A stretch of DNA of 64,000 nucleotides. Source: an uncultured delta proteobacterium. GTDB taxonomy: Bacteria; Desulfobacterota; WTBG01; CAIYCZ01; CAIRTM01. The translations under genes and the position numbers were made by a program. Location of the stretch: the NCBI GenBank assembly GCA_963804955.1, contig CAWDSQ010000026.1, positions 147,426-211,425 on the forward strand, written 5' to 3'. A model generated the notes under the pieces. It was given only the letters and a program-made list of their open reading frames with translations, was not told the DNA's origin and searched no databases. This document shows, piece after piece, positions 39,518 through 49,755 of the stretch. The stretch's first letter is position 1. Every line of letters begins with the position of its first letter.

Positions 39518-42226
39518 ATGAACGGATCGCATAAAACACGCCAGCAGCTTTTGATTGAGGGGCAGGAACTCTCGTCGCGAATGATAGAAGCCGAGGAAAC
39601 TCTGCGCGCTATCCTGGGCGGTGAGGTGGATGGCCTGGTTGTCTCAACGGCGGAGGGCGACCGAATTTTTACGCTATCGGGCGCTGATCTCCCCTACCGG
39701 ATCATGGTCGAGACCATGAACGAAGGGGCCGTCACCATAACCTCAGACGGTACGGTCTTTTTCTGCAACCAGCGTTTTGCGGATATAGTCGCAAAACCTC
39801 TGGAAACGGTACAGGGATCTTCAATCTACCAGTACATTTCATCAGGAGACCTTCAAGCATTTGAGGCATTGCTTGAGCAGGGATTAAAGAGCAACAGCAG
39901 GATGGAACTGGCCTTACAGACCGGAGGTGAGAGGGATGCGCCTGTATTGGTCTCCCTCAGCGCCCTTCAGCAAGCGGATCTGACCGGCGCATTGTGCATG
40001 GTGGTTACCGACCTGACGGAACAAAAGCGCAATGAAAAGCTGCTGGCAGAGGAAAAACTGACGACTCAAATTCTCAAGCAAGTTGAGGAAATATTTGTTC
40101 TCTGCGACAACCAGGGCCGTATCATCCGCACAAGTACGTCAACCGACAGGCGCTTAGGCAGAAGCCCAATCTTTCAGGAATTTGACGAGGCATTTCACCT
40201 CCTCTATCCTGACGGGAATCCCTTTGTCCTTCTATCAGCAATGAATGGCGCGTTCCTCCACGGCCTTGAGGTATGTTTCCATCAAGGGAAAGACAGTTGT
40301 ATCACCTTTCTCTTGAGCGCAACCCCTGTTAGCAGTTCTCAGGGTATCATCGGCATTGTTGTCGTACTGGTGGACATCACCGAACGCACGAAGGCGGAGG
40401 CAAAAATTGCGCATCTTGCTTCATTCCCTCAGCTAAATCCAAATCCGGTCATCGAGACAGATATGGAGAAACGGGTCATTTTCTCCAACGATGCGGCCAT
40501 GAGGTTTTTGAGGAAGTCAAACATCCCGGAAGATGTCAATCTCTTTCTCCCGCGTGATCTGAACGAAATAATAAAGGAACTGCAACAGGGAAACACGGGG
40601 CAATACGTACTCCGCGAAGTGGCAATAAACGGCAGTATTTTTATCGAGACCATCATTCTCCCCGCCAATATGGAAATCGTGCGTATCTACGCGCAAAACA
40701 TCAGCGAGCGGAAGAAGATGGAGGTGCAATTATTCGAAACAAATCAGCGTCTTCAGGCGCTCATGGACGCCCTACCAGTGGGAGTCAGCTTTTCTGATGG
40801 CTCAGACTGCCAAAGGATTACAGGGAACCCAAATGTGCTGAAACAGTTCGAGGTAAATCCGGAAGATAACCTGTCAGCCTCTGCGCCAGACACTCGTGCG
40901 CCAGGCAGGCAGATCCGCTTCTTCATGGAAGGGCGGGAGATACGTGACACCGAGCTTCCTTTGCAACGGGCCGTCGCCGAGAACCGGAATATTCCACCGA
41001 TGGAGCTTGAGGTAGCACTTCCAAGCGGGCGGCGCTGGTTTGCGATGGCTTCCGGTTCGCCTATACGTGACAAAGAGGGCAACGCCATCAGCGGCATTGC
41101 CGTGACGGTGGACATTACCGAGCGTAAGAATATAGAGCTGGCGCTGCAAAAAGCCCATGACACGCTCGAGCATAAGGTGACGGAGCGCACGGCTGAACTT
41201 CGGACGGCCCTTTCTGCAGTCAGCCTGTTAAAAGACCAGATCGAGGCCGAGAATATTTACTTCCGTCAAGAGCACAAAATGAAAAATCAATTTGAGAATA
41301 TTCTCGGGCAAAGTGATGGTCTCAAATATGTTCTCTTTCGGGCTGAACAGGTTGCTCCCTCGAACACAACGGTCCTCATCCTTGGTGAGACCGGGACAGG
41401 AAAAGAGTTGATCGCTGCCGCCATCCATAACATGAGCCCCCGTAAGGAACGGCCCCTGTTCACGGTCAACTGCGCCGCCCTGCCGGGCAATTTAATTGAG
41501 AGCGAACTGTTCGGCCGGGAGAAAGGCGCCTTTACCGGGGCCGATAGCCGGCGCATAGGCCGATTCGAGGTAGCCCATGGTTCAACCCTGTGCCTGGACG
41601 AAATCGGGGAGCTGCCGCTGGAGCTGCAGGGCAAGCTGCTTCGGGTGATTCAGCATAACGAGTTTGAGCGCCTGGGCTCGTCCCAGACTATCAAAGTCGA
41701 TGTGCGGCTGGTGGCAACGACCAATCGAAACCTTGAGGAAGAGGTTCGCAAGGGCCGGTTTCGACAGGACCTTTTCTATCGGCTCAATGTCTTCCCCATC
41801 ACTGTCCCGCCGCTCCGGCAGCGCAAAGATGACATACCGCTGATGGTTCAGGTGTTCACCGAACGATACTCCCGGAAATTGGGCAAACAGATAACGACTA
41901 TCCATAAGCAGACGATGAAGACGCTGCAGGAGTATCCGTGGCCCGGCAATGTCCGTGAGCTGGAAAGCATCATTGAACGGGCTGTAATCTTATGCCCCGG
42001 GCCGGTCTTACACCTGGCGGATAAACTTGAGATTTCAACTCCCGTGATTTCATCCGCTGTGGAAACCCTTGAAGAAACCGAGCGGAACCAGATTCTTAAA
42101 ATCCTTTCAGAAAACAAATGGCATATCGAGGGCAAGAACGGGTCCGCTGTGATCCTGGGTCTTCACCCGAGCACCTTGAGAGCCAGAATGCATAAGCTCG
42201 GAATAATCCGGCCGGAAACAAAATAA
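39518..42226 (+). CDS. multi-PAS sigma54 enhancer-binding protein (FhlA-like AAA+/HTH)
   Basis: N-terminal [16 protein letters not shown] then about 4 PAS-like segments; [39 protein letters not shown]. Confidence 0.95.
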   Translation: MNGSHKTRQQLLIEGQELSSRMIEAEETLRAILGGEVDGLVVSTAEGDRIFTLSGADLPYRIMVETMNEGAVTITSDGTVFFCNQRFADIVAKPLETVQGSSIYQYISSGDLQAFEALLEQGLKSNSRMELALQTGGERDAPVLVSLSALQQADLTGALCMVVTDLTEQKRNEKLLAEEKLTTQILKQVEEIFVLCDNQGRIIRTSTSTDRRLGRSPIFQEFDEAFHLLYPDGNPFVLLSAMNGAFLHGLEVCFHQGKDSCITFLLSATPVSSSQGIIGIVVVLVDITERTKAEAKIAHLASFPQLNPNPVIETDMEKRVIFSNDAAMRFLRKSNIPEDVNLFLPRDLNEIIKELQQGNTGQYVLREVAINGSIFIETIILPANMEIVRIYAQNISERKKMEVQLFETNQRLQALMDALPVGVSFSDGSDCQRITGNPNVLKQFEVNPEDNLSASAPDTRAPGRQIRFFMEGREIRDTELPLQRAVAENRNIPPMELEVALPSGRRWFAMASGSPIRDKEGNAISGIAVTVDITERKNIELALQKAHDTLEHKVTERTAELRTALSAVSLLKDQIEAENIYFRQEHKMKNQFENILGQSDGLKYVLFRAEQVAPSNTTVLILGETGTGKELIAAAIHNMSPRKERPLFTVNCAALPGNLIESELFGREKGAFTGADSRRIGRFEVAHGSTLCLDEIGELPLELQGKLLRVIQHNEFERLGSSQTIKVDVRLVATTNRNLEEEVRKGRFRQDLFYRLNVFPITVPPLRQRKDDIPLMVQVFTERYSRKLGKQITTIHKQTMKTLQEYPWPGNVRELESIIERAVILCPGPVLHLADKLEISTPVISSAVETLEETERNQILKILSENKWHIEGKNGSAVILGLHPSTLRARMHKLGIIRPETK

Positions 42227-42289
42227 GCACAACCAACTCTCCATACCCCGCAAAACCTCATAACCGCTGCTTTATGGTTCATCCTCCTC

Positions 42290-42323
42290 CCTCAATATGC
42301 TGAGGCTCCACCAGATACTGAGG
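42290..42323. promoter_or_regulatory. tandem 16-bp boxes (CCTCA-N6-TGAGG type), putative enhancer, copy 1
   Basis: cctcaatatgctgagg-ct-ccaccagatactgagg; same arrangement at 43653-43686. Confidence 0.72.
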
Positions 42324-42421
42324 ACAAAAGAATCATTTCATACTTCTGTGTTGTGCTCTCCTGTTCATCCAACCCATTGTTTTTAAATCATTAATCATAA
42401 CTTCCGGCTCTCCTTCGGCTG

Positions 42422-42438
42422 TTGGCAGAGTATGTGCA
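42422..42438 (+). promoter_or_regulatory. sigma54 -24/-12 promoter
   Basis: TTGGCAGAGTATGTGCA, GG-N10-GC. Confidence 0.78.
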
Positions 42439-42487
42439 AGTATCTTTCCCAATACACTTGAATAATTCAAGACGAAGGGAATCCAGT

Positions 42488-43585
42488 ATGTTTAAACACA
42501 CACATTCGCCCGGTTCGGGTTCAGATGCGAATTTCTTCGGGTGGCAGGAAAAATCGTCGGGGGAAATTTTTCCACTCTTCAATATTACTATTGCAGATCA
42601 TCCATACTATCAGTCTACGGTGAGCGCTGAGACCTTGCGCAGGCTGCACCTGCGGGTTCCTCAAGCCCTCTCTCCCTATTCTGATACAGCACCATCCCCG
42701 TGGCATAATCTGGGAATCGAGTTGAATCATCCTAAGACCGCACGAGAGGCGATTGAAATGGCTGGATTGGATTTCACCGTCATGAAAAAGCCGAGAGAGC
42801 TGAAAACAGGCTTGCAGCAGGCTGCGTTTGCAACAGTGCGAACGGACACCGATGCTGTTCTGGGCTTCGTCAACGAGAGGTATGAACCCGTTCAGAACAT
42901 TGATGCTTTCACATTCTTCGACACCCTGGTTGCTGAAGGTAAGGCGGCATACGAAACGGCCGGCGTTTTTGGTAAAGGTGAACGTATCTGGATCCTGGCG
43001 AGACTTCCGGACTACATCAGGGTTCATGGCAACGACATCGTCAACAAATATCTCCTGCTCACCAATAGCCATGACGGCAGCCCGCCTGTTCGCGTGATCC
43101 TGACTCCCATCCGTGTCGTCTGCAATAATACGTTGACTGCTGCATTACAGGGAGCGGGAGAAGTGCGCATCCATCATATACCAAACACCGTATGGGATTT
43201 GGAACAAACCGCCGCACTGCTCGGCTTGTCAAAGATATTATACGAACAGCTCGACGTTCTGTTCAACGATATGGCGGCCAGGAAAATCACACACAAGCAA
43301 CTGCGGGAGTATGTGCGGGCACTGGTTCCGGATAACCAGGAGGCTGAGAATACCGCAAGAACCGGGAAGATCCGGAACAGTGTGCTTCAGCTGCATGACT
43401 CCGGCCGGGGCGCACAACTGTCCCGAGGGACAGTGTGGGGCGCTTTTAACAGCGTTGCCGAATACACGGACCACATGATGCTGGGTGAAGATTCCAGCAC
43501 GCGATTGAATTCAATCTGGTTTGGTCGCGGAGAGCAACTGAAATTAAAGGCTTTCCGTTTGGCACAGCTCATGATGGGGGTCTGA
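42488..43585 (+). CDS. DUF932 (phage/plasmid-like TIGR03299) protein with extra ~48-aa N-terminal segment
   Basis: PWHNLG, AGLDF.V, VRTD, Y..VQN..AF.FFD, YETAG, LLTNSHDG, TPIRVVCNNTL, GT.WGAFNSV.EY.DH. Confidence 0.9.
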   Translation: MFKHTHSPGSGSDANFFGWQEKSSGEIFPLFNITIADHPYYQSTVSAETLRRLHLRVPQALSPYSDTAPSPWHNLGIELNHPKTAREAIEMAGLDFTVMKKPRELKTGLQQAAFATVRTDTDAVLGFVNERYEPVQNIDAFTFFDTLVAEGKAAYETAGVFGKGERIWILARLPDYIRVHGNDIVNKYLLLTNSHDGSPPVRVILTPIRVVCNNTLTAALQGAGEVRIHHIPNTVWDLEQTAALLGLSKILYEQLDVLFNDMAARKITHKQLREYVRALVPDNQEAENTARTGKIRNSVLQLHDSGRGAQLSRGTVWGAFNSVAEYTDHMMLGEDSSTRLNSIWFGRGEQLKLKAFRLAQLMMGV

Positions 43586-43652
43586 ATCCGCGATGCAAGC
43601 GATCAAAGAACCAATAGTTCCGAGGGAGGCCCATGACACTGATACTGAAATT

Positions 43653-43686
43653 CCGCGCCATCTTGAGGGTCCACCAAATATTGAGG
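43653..43686. promoter_or_regulatory. tandem 16-bp boxes, putative enhancer, copy 2
   Basis: ccgcgccatcttgagg-gt-ccaccaaatattgagg; second box 14/16 identical to 42308-42323. Confidence 0.72.
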
Positions 43687-43781
43687 CCTTCAGTACCGGT
43701 TCTCATTTCAATGCAGTACACTTTGAGCAACCAAGCCCCAGTAATAACATGACAATTTTAAAAATATATTTTTCCTCGCAG

Positions 43782-43798
43782 TTGGCAGCACCTTTGCA
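43782..43798 (+). promoter_or_regulatory. sigma54 -24/-12 promoter
   Basis: TTGGCAGCACCTTTGCA, GG-N10-GC. Confidence 0.8.
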
Positions 43799-43810
43799 AT
43801 AGGTATAAGC

Positions 43811-44215
43811 ATGATACTGGTCATCATACGAATGAAGGTTCTTTCTGAGAAGCGCGTGGAGCTGTCACAGACGATTTCGTCGCTCATCGGCTCCATACGA
43901 ACGGAGAAGGGATGCAAGCGCTGCGACTTTTGCCGGAGTATGGAGAATGAAAATGAACTTTGTCTGCTTGAGGAATGGGATACCCAGGAGAACCTCAAAA
44001 GCTACCTGAGATCAGAGGGGTTCAGGATACTCCGGGGAGCACTGATCCTTCTCAAAGAGCCCTATGAAGTGCTGTGCCAGACCACTTTCCACACGGCGGG
44101 CATAGAGGGTGTGTATCCGGGATTAGATGACCATGTTCAAGAGGAAAAACGATACGAGGATCACGGCCCGAGGATTGATACAAAATCAGCAAAAAACATT
44201 CATTACAGACAATAG
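43811..44215 (+). CDS. ABM-domain (antibiotic biosynthesis monooxygenase-like) protein
   Basis: IR.EKGC...LLEEWDTQENL..YLRS..F pattern. Confidence 0.82.
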   Translation: MILVIIRMKVLSEKRVELSQTISSLIGSIRTEKGCKRCDFCRSMENENELCLLEEWDTQENLKSYLRSEGFRILRGALILLKEPYEVLCQTTFHTAGIEGVYPGLDDHVQEEKRYEDHGPRIDTKSAKNIHYRQ

Positions 44216-44310
44216 AAATATTTAAAGTGCACATGTATTCAAATGAACAACGCGACTCTAAACCTGCCTTCAGTTTTCTGCTGACTGAGGCTTTTTAAAC
44301 GGAGGGAGAT

Positions 44311-44568
44311 ATGTGCAGGGAAAGAAAACTTTACACCACGGCTAAAGACCCCTACTGCAGGTTTATAAAAAAGTTTTTTCATGAAAAAGGCCTTGATTAT
44401 AAAGAGGTTGATATAAGCAAGAATGAAGATGAATTTTATGAGCTGCTGAATTTTTACGGAACAGGGCCTTTGCCCGTTCTTGTTGAAGACGGCAAGATTA
44501 TTCCCGTAAGCCAACTGATGCGGAATGTTAACATGACGTTCTCGGGCTGTGCAGAAAAAAGCAAATAG
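44311..44568 (+). CDS. glutaredoxin-like protein with atypical DPYC site
   Basis: LYT...DPYC...K.FF.EKG.DY.EVDI...LPVL..DGK; GGAGGGAG RBS. Confidence 0.75.
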   Translation: MCRERKLYTTAKDPYCRFIKKFFHEKGLDYKEVDISKNEDEFYELLNFYGTGPLPVLVEDGKIIPVSQLMRNVNMTFSGCAEKSK

Positions 44569-44696
44569 TCATCGGGCAGATCATGAGTGCTGCACGCCTG
44601 TTCCTGCAAAATATAAATGAATGCTCATGAGACCAGCAGGAACTGTGCTGAACCATTCGAATTACAAACTGCAGGCCGAATAAAAGGAGAAAAAAA

Positions 44697-44903
44697 ATGC
44701 AAGCACTAACGAAGATCCCTCTGAGGAATATACACATGCAAAGACAGCCAGCATCTATCACAACAAATCTCTATGAGATTATTGAAGCGGTTTCAGCACA
44801 GATAACTTCGAAAGAGCAGTATTTGCTCACTCCGGCAGTTAAGAAGCTGTTGAAGGACTGCAATGCTGACTACGTATTCAAGGGGGCCGAGGGGGCCGCC
44901 TGA
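44697..44903 (+). CDS. small hypothetical protein
   Basis: AGGAG RBS, 68 aa. Confidence 0.55.
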   Translation: MQALTKIPLRNIHMQRQPASITTNLYEIIEAVSAQITSKEQYLLTPAVKKLLKDCNADYVFKGAEGAA

Positions 44904-44992
44904 AAATGCGGAATGATCAATTGTGAGCAAACGAGGGCGGAGAACAAAATATTCTGGCAACCCTTTAAAATCAACTTAAAAAATAGCGCGAC

Positions 44993-45562
44993 ATGAAGAA
45001 ATCAACCATCATTTTATCACTTTTACTGTTTTTTGCTTTACCGCAAACAGTTTTCAGCGCCGCCCTGCAAGCTGCATTTCAAACCCCGTATCCTGAGCTG
45101 CTGTCCAGAGCTGCTGAAGGTTCAAAACTGTTCAAAAGTCCGGAAGATATGGAAACGGCTCTGCTGAATAAGACTCAGGGCAGCAGGGTTGACCGCATGA
45201 AAAAACAGATCGCAGCGGTCAGGATGCTCATGGCAGACAGCCAGATACAAACGGGAGATGAGGTGTCCGGCCCTTTTCTGCAGATCTCAGCGCGCATGCT
45301 CGTTGCTGCAGGTGAAAACTGGACGGTAACGGCGCAGGCAGAGGATGGAACAGGTTCCTCTGCTTCAGCGGAGGAGTCTGAAAATGAAAAAAAGGAGACC
45401 GAGTGCAGCAGGCAGGATAACCGGTTTGACATAGGTGATTGTGATGATTTTAATCTTTTCGATATCATCGCATTTCCGTTCAGAATCATCGGCTGGATAC
45501 TGGAACTGCTGTTCAATATTATTCTGTTTCCATTTAAGCTGCTGGCTAACATTATTTTTTAA
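44993..45562 (+). CDS. exported hypothetical protein with hydrophobic C-terminal segment
   Basis: signal peptide MKKSTIILSLLLFF...; C-terminal IIAFPFRIIGWILELLFNIILFPF. Confidence 0.7.
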   Translation: MKKSTIILSLLLFFALPQTVFSAALQAAFQTPYPELLSRAAEGSKLFKSPEDMETALLNKTQGSRVDRMKKQIAAVRMLMADSQIQTGDEVSGPFLQISARMLVAAGENWTVTAQAEDGTGSSASAEESENEKKETECSRQDNRFDIGDCDDFNLFDIIAFPFRIIGWILELLFNIILFPFKLLANIIF

Positions 45563-45720
45563 AGATGGCAGATGCTCTGGATAATCTTGAAAAAAAGGTT
45601 CGCGGCGATGAAAAAAAATCCGAGAGTCACCATGAACCGCAGGGTTGAGTTCACCATAAATCAATAAGCGTAGAAAGCAGTCATGGCAAAACAATCACTG
45701 AACAAGAAAGGAGGGAAGCT

Positions 45721-45912
45721 ATGCCGTTGATAAACTTAATTATTGTTCTGGTGGTCGTTGGGGTGATTCTCTGGGTTATAAACAGCTACATACCGATGGA
45801 AGCTACCATAAAGAAAATCCTGAATGTCGTCGTGATTATTGCAGTGATTCTCTGGCTGTTGAGTGCTTTCGGATTGATAGGCCCTTTACCGGGTATTCGT
45901 ATTGGAAGGTGA
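45721..45912 (+). CDS. small two-TM membrane protein (Thivi_2564-like)
   Basis: MPLINLIIVLVVVGVILW.IN.YIPM...IKKILN.VV; GGAGG RBS. Confidence 0.8.
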   Translation: MPLINLIIVLVVVGVILWVINSYIPMEATIKKILNVVVIIAVILWLLSAFGLIGPLPGIRIGR

Positions 45913-46014
45913 TGACGAGCTGTAAAAAGAGGAAGGTATAAAGGTGTATTATATATTTTTTGAAACAGGCCGGAAACAAAAAAACGCAACAACATAACAA
46001 TAAAGGAGAGAACA

Positions 46015-46808
46015 ATGAAAACAGGAAAAGCACTGTATTCTTTTGCACTGGTTGCGGCAGCGGCAGCTCTGCTGGTGATCAGCGTGCCTGCGCGCGCGGC
46101 ACAGACGGATGAAAGCATCGAAGCATCCGCCAGGAATTCCTATGTATTCAAGACCTATCTTAAAGACGATGCCATTACGGTCGCGTCCAAGGATGGCGCA
46201 GTCACCCTGACGGGAACTGTCAACACAGACTACCATAAAGAATTGGCCGAGGACACCGTAGAGGACCTGCCCGGCGTCAAAAGCGTTGACAATCGGCTGG
46301 AACTCAAAAGTGAAAGCCCTGCCGAGAAGTCGGATGCGTGGGTCACTGCGAAAGTGACAACCGCGCTCCTGTTCCATCGGAACGTGAGCGGCATTAACAC
46401 TAAAGTTCATGTCCAGGAAGGAATCGTCACCCTGCGCGGCGAAGCCACGCAGTCAGGCACAGAAGGACCTGACAACGGAATACGCGAAGGACGTTGTGGG
46501 AGTGAAGGACGTAAAAAATGAGATGACCGTGCCAAAGGCGCCCAAAAGTTCGGTCGTAAAAACGACGGACGAAAAAATTGATGATATGGGCGAAAAAATT
46601 GATGACGCGTCCATCACCGCCCTGGTCAAGATGACGCTGCTTGTATCATCGCTCGACCAGCGCGCTCAAAACAAAAGTTGAGACAAGCGATGGAACGGTC
46701 ACTTTGACCGGCACGGCTAAAAACGCGTCAGAGAAGGATCTGGCCGCCAAATACGTGAAAGACGTTCGCGGAGTGAAGAACGTAACGAACCAGATGACAA
46801 TCGAGTAG
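46015..46808 (+). CDS. triple-BON-domain (OsmY-like) periplasmic protein, two frameshifts
   Basis: signal peptide; three BON units (DG.VTL.G...GVK.V.N) distributed over three frames. Confidence 0.88.
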
Positions 46809-46897
46809 TCCTAACAGGCTCTGGAGCGCTGCCGGCTGGTGCGCGGAGGAGGGCTAACCGGCAGTGCATCCATGAGCACAACAGAAAGGAGCATCAT

Positions 46898-47047
46898 ATG
46901 CTGTATACAATTGCCGTCGTACTGATAGTTCTGTGGCTGCTGGGGCTGGTGAGCAGTTACACGATGGGTGGGTTTGTTCACATCCTGCTGGTTCTTGCAA
47001 TTATTATGGTGGTGGTCAACATCTTTCAGGGCCGACGACCGGTGTAG
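46898..47047 (+). CDS. lmo0937-family small membrane protein (copy 1)
   Basis: MLYTIAVVLIVLWLLGLVSSYTMGGFVHILLV...QGRR; AGGAG RBS; below ORF-track cutoff. Confidence 0.88.
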   Translation: MLYTIAVVLIVLWLLGLVSSYTMGGFVHILLVLAIIMVVVNIFQGRRPV

Positions 47048-47131
47048 CCTAAAAAGACTCTGAATTGAAGCCGGCCATTGCGAGGCGCGCAAAACGGCAG
47101 CGATCTGGGAGAACTCTGAAAGGATGCGTCT

Positions 47132-47311
47132 ATGCTGTATACAATTGCCGCCGTACTGATAGTTCTGTGGCTGCTGGGGCTGGTGACCAGTTCCACGATA
47201 GGAGGGTATTTTCATCTCCTGCTGGTAATTGCCATTATCATGATGCTGGTAAACATCATTCAGGGCCGACGGGAGGAGAGAAACCACGTAACCGGGGAAC
47301 AGGAGGTTTAA
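47132..47311 (+). CDS. lmo0937-family small membrane protein (copy 2)
   Basis: MLYTIAAVLIVLWLLGLVTSSTIGGYFHLLLV...QGRR. Confidence 0.85.
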   Translation: MLYTIAAVLIVLWLLGLVTSSTIGGYFHLLLVIAIIMMLVNIIQGRREERNHVTGEQEV

Positions 47312-47312
47312 A

Positions 47313-47534
47313 ATGAGTACAAAAACCATACTGGCAATCATACTGATCGCGATAGGCATCGTGGCGTTCACCTATCAGGGCATCACGTATACAACCAGAG
47401 AGAAGGTCGTCGATATAGGTCCTGTGCATATGACAACTGAAAAAACGAACACGATCCCCCTGCCGCCGATCCTCGGTGGTATTGCACTTGTGGGCGGCAT
47501 TGTGCTGCTGGTCGCAGGGGCTAGAAAGGCGTGA
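47313..47534 (+). CDS. DUF3185-like small membrane protein
   Basis: YQGITYTTREKVVDIGP...TIPLPPILGG. Confidence 0.8.
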   Translation: MSTKTILAIILIAIGIVAFTYQGITYTTREKVVDIGPVHMTTEKTNTIPLPPILGGIALVGGIVLLVAGARKA

Positions 47535-47688
47535 CCGGATCAGCATGTTTCAACCACGAAGTTGCTTTCAGTGGCTGACAAATGAAAATGTGCGGGAGAC
47601 TTCACTGCGCCTGTACTGAGAAATCAGGACAAAAGAAAATTGTGCGGACCCGCTTACTAAAAACCACATAAGAAGAAAAGGAAACATT

Positions 47689-48150
47689 ATGAAAAATGTA
47701 ATGAAGCTAGCAATCATGGTTACGGGCTTGTTCCTGACAGCAGCATCAGCATCTTATGCTGCAGCGCCTTTAGCTCTTGATGGAAATGACTATAAGATAA
47801 CGGCGTTTTGCAGAAATGATGCCGGAGACTACTGCAGCAAAGGGGATATTAAAAATGATGCGTTTATATTTGATGTTAATGGTGAGGATTTCATAGTTGA
47901 CAGCTTTGATGGCGGCGTCCTTGGTGGGGGAGGCAGCGGTGATTTTAGTGAAAACGGACTCTCTTTTACTGCAAGCTATGAAGTTATTACCCAGGACTCG
48001 CTGGATAAGTATACGTTTGATATCAAAGGCATAAATCTTATCGATACCATTCTCCTCGGCCGCATGGATATTGCTTATTATCAGCTCACGCTCGGTGGTT
48101 ACGATAAACAGGATGAAACACAGGCATTCTTTTTCGGCATAAAAAAGTAG
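47689..48150 (+). CDS. exported hypothetical beta-rich protein
   Basis: signal peptide, 153 aa. Confidence 0.7.
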   Translation: MKNVMKLAIMVTGLFLTAASASYAAAPLALDGNDYKITAFCRNDAGDYCSKGDIKNDAFIFDVNGEDFIVDSFDGGVLGGGGSGDFSENGLSFTASYEVITQDSLDKYTFDIKGINLIDTILLGRMDIAYYQLTLGGYDKQDETQAFFFGIKK

Positions 48151-48254
48151 GGATGAAGCCGTATTTTAACAAAGCATTTACGGCTGGACATTCATACAAT
48201 TGTAGGTTTCGGGTAATTATTCACTGATATTACGTTACAGACAGGAGTAAGCAC

Positions 48255-48633
48255 ATGAAACACAAAACTTCAAACAAACCATTGTTTTTATACATGTTTT
48301 TTTTCATGGGGTTTATCTCCATGCTGCTGACTGTTGGCTGCGCATCAAGCGGAAGCCTTTCAACTGCAACCATGAAAATATCCGAGAGCGAGAAGGCCAT
48401 CAGCGTCGCAAAGGAGAGCAATGCAAGCACAAGCACTCCGGTGGATTTGAGGAACTGCCGAGGATAAACTGGCTCAGGCAAATCGGGCATTTAATGACGC
48501 TGAGTACCTGCAGGCAACCCGGCTGGCAGAGAAAGCCACGGTCGACGCGGACTGCGCCAGAATCGAGGCCAAAGCCGAAAAAGCAAAAAAAGATGCTGAG
48601 CAGAAGCGTCAAAACATCCGGACCCTGCGTTAG
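48255..48633 (+). CDS. DUF4398-like lipoprotein (frameshift near 48450)
   Basis: lipobox TVGC; second frame AEDKLAQANRAF...ATRLAEKATVDAD.A; precedes the OmpA gene. Confidence 0.72.
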
Positions 48634-48675
48634 GAGCATGATCCAATATCCGGATAACAGCTTTTTAAGGAGAAC

Positions 48676-49615
48676 ATGAAAATGACTAATAAAATGAGCA
48701 GTGTGATTAAAATCGGGCTCTGGTTGTTCATCCCGTTCCTGCTGCCTTTTACGGGATGCGGCCCCTCCCAGCAGGAAATGATGGCACGGGACCGCCTGGC
48801 CAATGCACAAGCATCATATGCCCGCGCAAAGGCGAATCCTACTGTTGAAACAAATGCCCGGATTCCCCTGATGGAGGCCGGCAGGGCTGTCGATGCTGCC
48901 GCGCGGGCCACAGAATATGATGAGATGGACCACCTGGCCTACCTGGCGGAAAGGAAAACCCGTATCGCCGTTGCCACAGCAGAAGAGCAGCTGGCGGAAA
49001 ATGACAAAAAGGCTCTCAACAGACAAGCCGAACAGATGATAATTCAGGGCCGCGCGAGTGAGCAAAGCGCCAGGATGGATGCCCGGGAATCGAATGCGGC
49101 AGCCAGAGAATCCAACGCAGAAGCCCGGCAGTCAAATGCTGAAACAAGGGCCCAAACACAAAAAGCTGAAAAGGCTACGGCCAAGGCGGATATGCTGCAG
49201 CAGGAAATTGCCGCCTTGAAGGGCAGGATGACAGATCGGGGCATCGTCTTGACGCTGGGCGATGTGCTGTTCGCCACCGGCACGGCGTCACTGTCTCCCA
49301 TGGCTGATAACGAAATCAACCGATTGGCTGTTTTTCTGAAAAAATACCCTGATCGCGACGTACTCATTGAGGGCTATACCGACAGCACAGGTGCTGAGGG
49401 AGCAAATCTTGATCTTTCCCTGCAGCGCGCCAATGCCGTGCGCACCAAGCTTGTAGCTCAAGGAAATCAGCATGGGTCGTATTACAACCAGGGGGTTTGG
49501 AGAAGAATTTCCATTGGCCGGCAATGACAGCCCGGAGGGACGAGAGCAGAACAGGCGGGTTGATGTCATTATCCTAAATGAAGGAAACGCCCCTGTGACA
49601 GAGTTGACGCGGTAA
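48676..49615 (+). CDS. OmpA-C domain lipoprotein with coiled coil (frameshift near 49465)
   Basis: lipobox FTGC; TDRG.VLTLGDVLF, IEGYTDSTG, LS..RA..V; second frame GREQNRRVDV. Confidence 0.9.
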
Positions 49616-49755
49616 AGAGCTGAATAAAAAAGGTTAAGGCTTGAAGGGTTCGCGCCTTCTTGACAACAAATAACAAGGCAGTGATGACAAGAAACAAATT
49701 TCTTTTTAAAAAACTTTTTCTAAACAAACCATTTTAACTTAAACAGGAGGTCACT

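Noticed and set aside
45565..45582. Further sigma54 promoters in the stress cassette (TGGCAGATGCTCTGGA; also near 54468)
   Set aside because: Poor -12 element and no accompanying boxes
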